Below are positions 29,120 through 36,898 of a DNA stretch of 64,000 nucleotides, in pieces. Made by a program: the position numbers and the translations under genes. Under the pieces are notes generated by a model. That model had not been told where the DNA came from, ran no database searches, and saw nothing but the letters and a program-made list of their open reading frames with translations. The DNA is from an uncultured Chloroflexia bacterium (GTDB lineage Bacteria > Chloroflexota > Limnocylindria > Limnocylindrales > CSP1-4): contig CAVXUF010000002.1 of NCBI GenBank assembly GCA_963764975.1, forward strand, positions 467,809 to 531,808. The letters run 5' to 3'. How positions within the stretch are numbered: the first letter of the stretch is position 1; each line of letters begins with the position of its first letter.

Positions 29120-30263
29120 CGTCTGGCTCCGCTTCGCCAACGGGGTCATCCTCGAGGCCACGTTCACCCGGTCTCAGGGTGCGAGGGTCGTCGTAGTTGA
29201 CCGTGGGACGTGGAGGTGCAATGTCTTCCTGGACCGTCGATGGCGCGGTGCCCTCGAGGATCGCGATCACGTCGTCGATGGTCACACTCGCCTCCTCGGC
29301 AATGCGCTTCTCGAAGGCAACGAACCGATGCGCCAGCGACCGGAGTTGATGCGGCTGGAGAGGCACCCGCTCCCCCAACACGTCCTCAGCCGTGTACTTG
29401 GCTGGACGCTCGGCAAGAAGCCTGTTCGCACTGGCGATCCAACGATGCAACCTGGCCACCGAACCGACGCTGTAGGCCATCAGGAAGCTGAGCACGTCAT
29501 CACTTGCTGCAGGGGCCTTGGCGCCCATTACGGCAAGTTCGAGCGCAGCGATACGAGCGAACTCGAGTCGGTCTTTGTGCCCGCGGGTCGATTGATAGCG
29601 CGGAAGGTAGACCTCTGCAACGGCTGTTGACGTCGTGCGGTATTCGAGGACCTCGAAACCTCCGCTGAGGACCAGAATGACCCCGGCAGCCGCGGCGAAC
29701 TGGGCGAGCATCTCGGCCCCATCACCCGGCACGGCGACCGGGATTCGTCGTCCTCGCCGCTCGAAGCGGGTCACGACGACCACCTTGACCTTCCGATGCT
29801 CGCATTCGCTCGCGGCCGCGATCAGCTGGTCGGCGCATTCCTTCAGCTGTGCCCGTCGCCCCAGCACCCAACCTGCCGAAACGGATCGAAGCTCGCTGGA
29901 CGGGACCTGTACATCGGACCGGGCCGCTCCGAGCTTGCCCTGGATCTCCGCGAAAAGCGTGCGGAGGTCGAGCACGCCCTTACGATCGAAGGTCGCCAAG
30001 ACTGGGACCACTGGCGAAAACGATGGGTCGCGAAGCATCTCGAGACGGTGTCCGTAGGCAAACATGTTCGCGCCAATCAGCGTCGCGGCGTCGCAGTCTT
30101 CCCCGGTCGGTCCGTACACGAGAATCAGGGAACCTGCCTGCTCGGTTGAGAGGAGGGATCCGAGACGGTCCACGGCGACCTTTTGGAGCCGGTGCGCCGC
30201 GGGAGTCGCTTCCGCGTTGTCTGAGTCCGGCGCAGGCAGACCACGGGCGATCGCAAGGGTCAC
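29112..30263 (-). CDS. TnsC/TniB-position AAA+-like protein with degenerate Walker A (LILVYGPTGEDCDAATL, no Lys-Ser/Thr)
   Basis: It sits between the transposase and tniQ with GTGA/ATGA overlaps, and is about 383 aa. Its P-loop-like segment lacks the conserved GK[ST]. Confidence 0.4.
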   Translation of the reverse strand: MTLAIARGLPAPDSDNAEATPAAHRLQKVAVDRLGSLLSTEQAGSLILVYGPTGEDCDAATLIGANMFAYGHRLEMLRDPSFSPVVPVLATFDRKGVLDLRTLFAEIQGKLGAARSDVQVPSSELRSVSAGWVLGRRAQLKECADQLIAAASECEHRKVKVVVVTRFERRGRRIPVAVPGDGAEMLAQFAAAAGVILVLSGGFEVLEYRTTSTAVAEVYLPRYQSTRGHKDRLEFARIAALELAVMGAKAPAASDDVLSFLMAYSVGSVARLHRWIASANRLLAERPAKYTAEDVLGERVPLQPHQLRSLAHRFVAFEKRIAEEASVTIDDVIAILEGTAPSTVQEDIAPPRPTVNYDDPRTLRPGERGLEDDPVGEAEPDDV

Positions 30264-33148
30264 GGTGCGCCATCCTTGCCCGTGAATGGGATGACGTTGC
30301 CTCCGGATCCGACCTCCTCGAAGTCGTCAGCGCGATGACGGATCTTCGAACCAAAGATGAGTGCTGATCGAGCGTCGGAGGAAACCCGTGCGGCGGCCAG
30401 CTTGGGTGCTCGAGAAGACCTCGCCACGGCTGTGTGCTCGTCCTCAGGCACGACTGGGGCAGCCCACAGGGGTTCACGCGCCGCGCCGAGAACATCGCCA
30501 CGAGGCAGGTCGAGGCGCTTCGCGGCCGTTCGGCCACTCGCCTTCCTCGCCGCCGCCTGTTCGGCGATCAGGTCTCCTTCCCGCTCCAGCATTTCGACGA
30601 GCAGGTCCCCGAGCTTGCCGTCCTCGACCTGCTTGCGCCGGTAGTGGCCCTCGTTGAAGGCCAGGACTACCTTGGTGAAGAAGGAGAGTTCCAGGTAGGT
30701 CAGGTGGAAGCGAGCGATGGGCGAGCGTAGGACGCATCGAACCCAGCGAGCGGCGACAAATTCTCCATCGTCCGTGTGACGTGGGACGAACACCCACACG
30801 GCACCGATGTCGCCACGAATGATCCTCACCGTCACCTGAACGCCTTCGAGCCGAGGGTGCGTGAGGGCCTCATCCCAGTAGTAGAGACGGTTCACCCAGA
30901 TCCCATTGCTGTTGGAGACCTTCGGACGCCATGCATGTCGAACGGCCATCTCACGCTCGATGTGCGCACTCCAGCGGACGAGGCGCGACTGGCGCATACC
31001 GTGTTCGAAACGCGCATCCCAAGCTTCGTCTGTCGTCTGGCGGAGTGCCTGGATGACTCGCTCGTGCTCGACAAGCGCGTCCCGTTTGTCAACGAGCGCG
31101 ATGGCCTCCGCAAGGGGCCAGATCGCGTGGTTCCGGGGATCAAGCTCACGGTCCATGGCGCGCGCATTCTTGGAAATCTGGGTATTGGCCATCATCGCGT
31201 TGAACAAGTCGGTATTGATCGCCCCGAACCTCCGTTCGACCGGTAGACCGCCCCGGCCACTCGATTTCAGGCGGTACTTCACCTCAGAGCCGTGAAGCGC
31301 TAGGAACTTTTGGACTCGAGTGGTCTTGTGGACAAGCGCGTTGTCGAGAACGTAGACCTCGGACAGGAAGCCGAACTTTCGGATCTGGTCAGCGAGGGCC
31401 TCGAGGACGACACCCTCGTCGACCTCGCCGAAGTGCCAAGCCTGCCCGAGCTTCTTCCCCGAGAAGCCATCGACAAGTCGGAAGAGGCTCGGGCGCAGCG
31501 CGCCGTCCCGGGTGAAGCGCTCGCATACCCAGATGTCGGTGACGGTCGCGTCCCCATGAGCGATCTGGCCAGGGTATTGGCCGTTCGGCGACTCTGAGTC
31601 CGGATCGAACATGACCCACGGCTTCTTGGAGGCAGCACCCTTGTGCCCGACGCTCTTGAGCAGCGACTCGTAGATCGGACGTCCTCGGAGCCAGGTCAGG
31701 ATGGCCGGATAGCTCGGTGCTTTGATGCCTTGCTTGTTGGCGCGGGATAACACGTCGCGATAGAACGCTTTGGCCGACGGTTTTCGCCCAGGCGTGTCGA
31801 AGAACGCCGCTGCGCGGACGACCAGGAAGTCGTTCACCGGTTCGGCGAGGTGGCTGCCAGGTCTACCTGCATTCGGACGTTCGAGCAGGCCCGCGAACCC
31901 GCAGCCGATCTCAGCCCATTCCCAGTAACGCGTCTGCCATTCCCGGACAGTGGCCAGGGCTGGGTTCTTGCCCGCCACGACGGGAAACGCAATGCGCTCG
32001 CGCGCCCAATACTCCTGTAGAGCGACAAGTCGCTCCTCGGCAAGTTCGACCGCGTCAGGTCCTGCTCCATCGAACCGCGCCTCGATCAGGGCGAGGTTCG
32101 CTCGATCCTCATCGTCCGCGGGGCCGAGTCCACTCATCGCTCCAGATCTGATTGCTTGGTCGACGTCTGAGCGAGAGACCACTTTCGTCCTGCGTCCATC
32201 GGGACCGTCGATTTGCTTGAACGAGATGCTGCCCGCCGACGTTCGGACAATCTCGTACCGAGCATCGAGCCAGAGGACCATCTCGCCGGCCTTGAGATTG
32301 ACCGGTCCCGGCCGTCCTCCACCGACCGCGACCACCACTGGTGACGGCATCTGCGCGGCGACGACAGGCGAGAGGTAGGCGAAGGCCGCGTCCTCATACT
32401 CGAGTTCGTACGCCAACAGGTCGACATAGATCAGGCCGCTCAGGATGGCGATGCAGATGTCGTCCTTAGAGAACCCGCGACGACGCAGTTCGCCGACCGG
32501 GATACCTGGATGGTCTGCGACGCACGACCAAATCGCGGATGCGATCCCCTCCGGAACAGCGCATCCGATGAAGCTCGCAAGGTATTTGGCGTTGCTGATC
32601 TCCTTCTTGCTGAGCGACTCGATGACGATGACCGTGTAGGTGAGACCCCATTCGGCGGCGTAGTCGTCGCCGCTTGGACAGCGCCAGAGTCCGTCGACCT
32701 TGACGTAGAACCCTGGGTGCGCGTCGATCTGGTCGTCTACCGCCTTCTGCGTCTTGATGTCGACCCAGCCGGGAGCCTTGTCGCCCCAGAAGACGAAAGC
32801 GTCCATGGTTCCCCACTGCGATGGGAACCTGACCTTTCCGTCGTCGCCGAGCGTGGCAAAGACCCGCTTCACCTGCTCCTTGGGCTGCGCCGCGTACCAG
32901 AGGACTCGCGTCCAATACTCGAACAGCTTGTAAACGTTGTACTCACTGAACAATTCAGCTTCCCTCGTGCGACCCGCCTTCTTGCTCGCGATCCTCGCGC
33001 TGCCGTGGTAGCGATCGGGGCGGGTCTTTCGTGACGCACCGATTGCCGCCCAGACCCGCCGACAGATGGCTTCCCCGCCGGCCGATAGAGCTGGCGACAG
33101 TCCAGACCGGTAGGTTTCGAAATCCTCTGCCTCGAATCTGCGTTTCAT
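30260..33148 (-). CDS. fused TnsA-TnsB transposase (TnsA endonuclease-like N-domain + DDE/rve transposase)
   Basis: The N-terminal region aligns to the Tn7 TnsA catalytic core: SKKAGRTREAELFSEY.. (E), TMDAFVFWGD (D), VDIKTQ (K). The DDE domain has DATVTD ... VLDNA ... VERRF. The start is ATG 33148 (MKRRFEAEDFETY). Confidence 0.7.
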   Translation of the reverse strand: MKRRFEAEDFETYRSGLSPALSAGGEAICRRVWAAIGASRKTRPDRYHGSARIASKKAGRTREAELFSEYNVYKLFEYWTRVLWYAAQPKEQVKRVFATLGDDGKVRFPSQWGTMDAFVFWGDKAPGWVDIKTQKAVDDQIDAHPGFYVKVDGLWRCPSGDDYAAEWGLTYTVIVIESLSKKEISNAKYLASFIGCAVPEGIASAIWSCVADHPGIPVGELRRRGFSKDDICIAILSGLIYVDLLAYELEYEDAAFAYLSPVVAAQMPSPVVVAVGGGRPGPVNLKAGEMVLWLDARYEIVRTSAGSISFKQIDGPDGRRTKVVSRSDVDQAIRSGAMSGLGPADDEDRANLALIEARFDGAGPDAVELAEERLVALQEYWARERIAFPVVAGKNPALATVREWQTRYWEWAEIGCGFAGLLERPNAGRPGSHLAEPVNDFLVVRAAAFFDTPGRKPSAKAFYRDVLSRANKQGIKAPSYPAILTWLRGRPIYESLLKSVGHKGAASKKPWVMFDPDSESPNGQYPGQIAHGDATVTDIWVCERFTRDGALRPSLFRLVDGFSGKKLGQAWHFGEVDEGVVLEALADQIRKFGFLSEVYVLDNALVHKTTRVQKFLALHGSEVKYRLKSSGRGGLPVERRFGAINTDLFNAMMANTQISKNARAMDRELDPRNHAIWPLAEAIALVDKRDALVEHERVIQALRQTTDEAWDARFEHGMRQSRLVRWSAHIEREMAVRHAWRPKVSNSNGIWVNRLYYWDEALTHPRLEGVQVTVRIIRGDIGAVWVFVPRHTDDGEFVAARWVRCVLRSPIARFHLTYLELSFFTKVVLAFNEGHYRRKQVEDGKLGDLLVEMLEREGDLIAEQAAARKASGRTAAKRLDLPRGDVLGAAREPLWAAPVVPEDEHTAVARSSRAPKLAAARVSSDARSALIFGSKIRHRADDFEEVGSGGNVIPFTGKDGAP

Positions 33149-33660
33149 GTCGATGACCTGGCGGCGATGGGCACGGCTACGCAGATTGCACACAGTCCGC
33201 CTTCACGCGTGGCCTGACGGCGCAGACGCTCCGCTCGACGCAGTAGCGCCAAGTCCGGGTCACCCGAGTCGTGCCAGATCGCGCGATCGAGCAGCGCCAT
33301 CGGGACGACTCGCCCGACGCCGGCCAATGCCCGATGCGCTGCCCCGAAGTCACAGGCGTGTCGGATCGTCGTTCGGTCTGCCTGGCTCAGGGCGACATCA
33401 GAGCCAGCCCGCTCGTGTGACTGCAGGAACTCCGCATATCGGGTCTCGAGCGATCGCGCCGACACGCCGAGCGTGAGGCGAACTCGGTCGAGCACATGCC
33501 ATGGCATGTCAGCGTGCTTCGTATGCATTTCGAGAAGCACCTGGAAGGCTTCGTGCCATTGGGCGCCGGTGGGTCGCTGGCGGGCGGGACCGCGAGAAGG
33601 CGTGGCGACCGGAGTCGGCGAGTTCGCGTGATGGTGTGCATCGGAAGGCATGCCCACCAC
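33145..33660 (-). CDS. hypothetical protein translationally coupled upstream of tnsAB
   Basis: Its TGA stop overlaps the tnsAB ATG (ATGA). 171 aa as listed; the true start is uncertain (internal Met at MHTKHAD or MPWHVL). Confidence 0.35.
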   Translation of the reverse strand: MVGMPSDAHHHANSPTPVATPSRGPARQRPTGAQWHEAFQVLLEMHTKHADMPWHVLDRVRLTLGVSARSLETRYAEFLQSHERAGSDVALSQADRTTIRHACDFGAAHRALAGVGRVVPMALLDRAIWHDSGDPDLALLRRAERLRRQATREGGLCAICVAVPIAARSST

Positions 33661-33840
33661 AGAAGCAGCAGATGGCGCCGATAGCTATGGCGCGCCGGCT
33701 CGCGAATGCGGGCTTTGCGGGATTGTGAGGCGAATTCCGCCGACCGGAGGTGCGTTTGGGCAACGCCATCGCACCATGAGCGGAGCGTTGAGCTTGTTCG
33801 TCAGTCAGACAACGCGCGTCGATCCTCTGTTGACGAGGGT

Positions 33841-34383
33841 ATGGAAACCCTTGAAATGAGCGTGCCGGAAGCGGCACGACGCCTCGGTCGTAATGAGAGC
33901 ACCGTCCGTCGAATGATCGACGACGGCCGCCTGCCTGGTACACCCAAAAGGAAGCCGGGCGCCCATGCCAAGGTCTTGCGTGCGGCTGTCGAGGCGATGG
34001 CTGCCACCTCTCGCCAGTACTCCTCGATCTCGGCACGACTAGCGAACCTTCCCACGAGGGTTTGGAGCGGCCGCATGGGGCCGGCTCTGTTCATCCTCGA
34101 CCACGAAGCTATCCGCCGCGAGGTCTACCGGCACGTTTACCTTGGGCCAGATCGAATCGACTTCGACGTCATCTACTCGGAGTTCCTGGCCGACGAGGAC
34201 GTTGCGCTGGTGGAGGCGGCGCACGTCTTGTACGACGCTGCTGTCGACGTCAGCTTTACGCGACTCGTAGAGACGCTTCGGGGCGAGCGTCTCCTGCGTG
34301 TGGGTCTCGCCATTGAACTGCGCGAGGGTTCGATCGACCGATGGGAGGCTTTTCGCATCATCGGCCGGCACAGTCGCAGGTGA
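33841..34383 (+). CDS. helix-turn-helix (excisionase/AlpA/MerR-like) DNA-binding protein
   Basis: METLEMSVPEAARRLGRNESTVRRMIDDGRLPG is an HTH_17-like motif. Third-codon positions are GC-rich in this frame. It overlaps the antisense ORF 34039..34860. Confidence 0.45.
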   Translation: METLEMSVPEAARRLGRNESTVRRMIDDGRLPGTPKRKPGAHAKVLRAAVEAMAATSRQYSSISARLANLPTRVWSGRMGPALFILDHEAIRREVYRHVYLGPDRIDFDVIYSEFLADEDVALVEAAHVLYDAAVDVSFTRLVETLRGERLLRVGLAIELREGSIDRWEAFRIIGRHSRR

Positions 34384-34860
34384 GGTGAAAAGGCTCGGAC
34401 CCAGAATCCGGAGTTCCTGTGGACTTCCGGATGGCGCGGCTGCGGTCTCCGCGACGATGGTCGCGACCAACTGGCGTCGGACGCTTCGGAGGGCGACGAC
34501 AGGGTTACGGCTCCCCCGCCCAAGACGGAGCCGGGACCGCTTCGGCAGACCAATCAGGTCCGCGTAGAAGCGTTCGTTCTCGGGAACCAACGCGACTCGC
34601 AGGCCGGTGGCTCGACCGAGGATCGTCATGTCGGCAGCGAGCTGCGCGTCCGCCCAAGCCAGGTCGATGAGGTTGTCGGCGATCGACGTCGGCGGGAGCA
34701 GCGGTGTCACATGGTCGATACCACGGGGATCCTCGAGCATCGTCCGCAACAAGATGACGCGCCCTGAGCCGCGGCCTGTCTCTGGACAAGGGCGTTCCCA
34801 TTGCTCTCGCAGCTCTTCGGCCGTCGTGCCTTCGGGATGGACGCGCGTTCGGAGGCTCAT
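34039..34860 (-). CDS. hypothetical protein downstream of, and 4-nt overlapped with, the FtsH-like AAA+ protease gene
   Basis: 273-aa ORF. The N-terminal about 150 aa look protein-like. The 3-prime part overlaps the plus-strand HTH gene, so its extent is uncertain. Confidence 0.35.
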   Translation of the reverse strand: MSLRTRVHPEGTTAEELREQWERPCPETGRGSGRVILLRTMLEDPRGIDHVTPLLPPTSIADNLIDLAWADAQLAADMTILGRATGLRVALVPENERFYADLIGLPKRSRLRLGRGSRNPVVALRSVRRQLVATIVAETAAAPSGSPQELRILGPSLFTSPATVPADDAKSLPSVDRTLAQFNGETHTQETLAPKRLYESRKADVDSSVVQDVRRLHQRNVLVGQELRVDDVEVDSIWPKVNVPVDLAADSFVVEDEQSRPHAAAPNPRGKVR

Positions 34861-36236
34861 GCCGCCTCCGGCGTCATGAAGGCCGCCGCCTCGATCGCGG
34901 CCATCAGCTCGTCGCCCGTGAGTTCGGTCGCAGCATCGAGGGCTTTGGCGAATGTGGTGATCGGGCCGAAATTTGCCGCGACGATCCGCTCGGCCGCGGC
35001 GCGTGCCGAGACGAGCGTGGCCGCGACCACGGAGCCCAGACTGTCCTTCAGGTTTTCGGGCACATTGAGGCCGAACTCGGCGAGGGCCACCGGTGGGTGA
35101 CCAGCCTCCCAGCCCTGCTCCACGCGCTGGACCGCTCGATTCGTGGCCATCTCCAGATCCGCACCCGCCAATGAGGGCTCGCCGAGGATGGCGGCCTCTG
35201 AACAGGTTCCGCAGAACACGCTGATCAGGAAGTCGCGGTGCTCGTCATCAGGCAGGTCGTTGGGACTGATGCCTTCAAGGCCGAAATTCGTTTTCCCGCC
35301 GCCGTCGTTGTCGATCGAGACGGCGTGAACCCACGACGCGCCGTCGCCGCCACGGCCGGCGGCACGAGCCAGGATGACCAGGCCGGCGACATGACCGGCC
35401 TCATGGACGGCTGTCCGCCAGCGCGATGGGGAGTTCGTCTGCTCGGGCAGGATGTTGCCGGCGCGGCGCAGCGCCTCGACCAGGTCGGCGTCGACAAGGA
35501 CCGAACGTCCGGCGACCAGGGCCAGTCCGGCGGCGTCCTCGACGAACGCCTGGATGTCGGCCGGTGATCGGTCGCGACTGAGTCGGGCGGCCCGTCGGAG
35601 GTCGAGGGTGCCATCGGTCGGCCGAGACCGCGAGTACAGGGCGAACAGCTCGGCGCGCTCGTCCTCGTTGGGCAGGTCGAAGAAGATGTGCGTCCCCAGC
35701 CGACCGCTGCGGATGAGGGCGGGGTCCAGCTCCGCGGGGTGGCGATTCGTCGCCACGACGACGATCGGACCCTCGGAGGGGACCAACCCGGACAAGGTCG
35801 ACAGGGCCGAGGTCAGCAAAAGTCTGGTCGCCGGAGTATGGGTCCCGAATGCGCGCTGAACCGCCCAGGAGTCTGCCTCGTCGATGAAGACAACACTTTT
35901 CTGAGGAGCAGAAGCGAGCGAGCGGATGGCTCCCCGTAATCGGTCCGGGCTCAACTCGTCCGATGGGATCTCGTAGAGGTCCACCCCATCGCCCAATTGC
36001 GAGGCGAGGTAACGGGCGAGATGGGTCTTGCCTGTGCCGGGCGATCCGTAGAAGAGGATGCCCCGTGGTGGGACGGCGCCGAGGAGTGCGACTCGTTCGG
36101 GATCGCGGAGGCGAGCAAGGAGGGAGTCGACTTCGGCCATCGCGTGACCGATACCGACGACCTGCGATCGGTCGAACCGGGCCATCTCGACTCGGTGGGC
36201 ATCGAGCCAGGCTTGGGTGAATCGCGCCTTGAGCAT
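34857..36236 (-). CDS. soluble FtsH-like AAA+ ATPase fused to M41-type zinc peptidase (no TM domain)
   Basis: Walker A GSPGTGKT, Walker B VVFIDEAD and SRH SGRLG. The peptidase part has TAVHEAGHVAGL (HEXXH) and LAGADLEMATN, like the FtsH protease domain. No N-terminal TM helices. Confidence 0.7.
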   Translation of the reverse strand: MLKARFTQAWLDAHRVEMARFDRSQVVGIGHAMAEVDSLLARLRDPERVALLGAVPPRGILFYGSPGTGKTHLARYLASQLGDGVDLYEIPSDELSPDRLRGAIRSLASAPQKSVVFIDEADSWAVQRAFGTHTPATRLLLTSALSTLSGLVPSEGPIVVVATNRHPAELDPALIRSGRLGTHIFFDLPNEDERAELFALYSRSRPTDGTLDLRRAARLSRDRSPADIQAFVEDAAGLALVAGRSVLVDADLVEALRRAGNILPEQTNSPSRWRTAVHEAGHVAGLVILARAAGRGGDGASWVHAVSIDNDGGGKTNFGLEGISPNDLPDDEHRDFLISVFCGTCSEAAILGEPSLAGADLEMATNRAVQRVEQGWEAGHPPVALAEFGLNVPENLKDSLGSVVAATLVSARAAAERIVAANFGPITTFAKALDAATELTGDELMAAIEAAAFMTPEAA

Positions 36237-36401
36237 CTGTTGGACTCCGGGTGACGGGGTGTGTCATCCGAGGAGACCAGCTATGGGGCGCTAGGGGAAG
36301 CACGTCGGGAGGCTCTAGAGGCCGGGGTGCGGTCATTGCGATCTTTGGGACCGCGAATGGGCCCTTCCTTGACAGCGCCAGTGTCCCAACCATCGTCTGA
36401 C

Positions 36402-36608
36402 ATGAAGAGCCAGCGGTTCATGGGCACGGAAGAGGTGGGGCGCCGACTCGGTATGAGTTCCGAGTGGGTGCGGCGGCAGTGCATTGCCATGAAGATGCCG
36501 GCGATCGTCTACCGCACAGGTTCGCGATCGGTGTACCGGATCACCGAGGAAGGGCTCGCTGAGTTCCAGCGGCGATATGCGGGCACCGCTGACGATGTTC
36601 AGGACTAA
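36402..36608 (+). CDS. excisionase/AlpA-like HTH protein
   Basis: 68 aa from ATG 36402: MKSQRFMGTEEVGRRLGMSSEWVRRQ...IVYRTGSRSVYRITEEGL. Confidence 0.5.
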   Translation: MKSQRFMGTEEVGRRLGMSSEWVRRQCIAMKMPAIVYRTGSRSVYRITEEGLAEFQRRYAGTADDVQD

Positions 36609-36898
36609 GCGCGATCCGAGTACGGCAGCGAATGGACCCGATGGGTTGGTTTGCCTGTTCCTCGCGGGTAGGCGTCGTCGGCCGGCCGAACAGTAAGACT
36701 CTTACAGTGTCGTTGCGCTACACCATCTCGAGGAGCCACCTTGAGCCAGGGCGGCGTGGTCGCGTCTCTCGCATCGGCGCAGATCCGCGCCACTTGAAGC
36801 GAACGCCTAAGGCCACTTGCTGCCGTACTGGGCGCGATCCCATGCGGGCGTCAGGCCGAACAGGACACCAACGGACTGGCGCGCGGAGGCTGCGAGCT

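Larger units (their letters stand above)
27662..33660 (-). mobile_element. Tn7-like transposition module (coupled ORF, fused tnsA-tnsB, tnsC/tniB-like, tniQ/tnsD-like); ends not identified
   Basis: Gene order and 4-8-nt overlaps on the minus strand. TnsA catalytic-core alignment, a DDE transposase domain and the TniQ Cys/His pattern are present. Confidence 0.55.

Noticed and set aside
35401-36393. 330-aa minus-strand ORF
   Set aside because: It is an alternative frame inside the AAA+ protease gene with a Pro/Arg-rich low-complexity translation.
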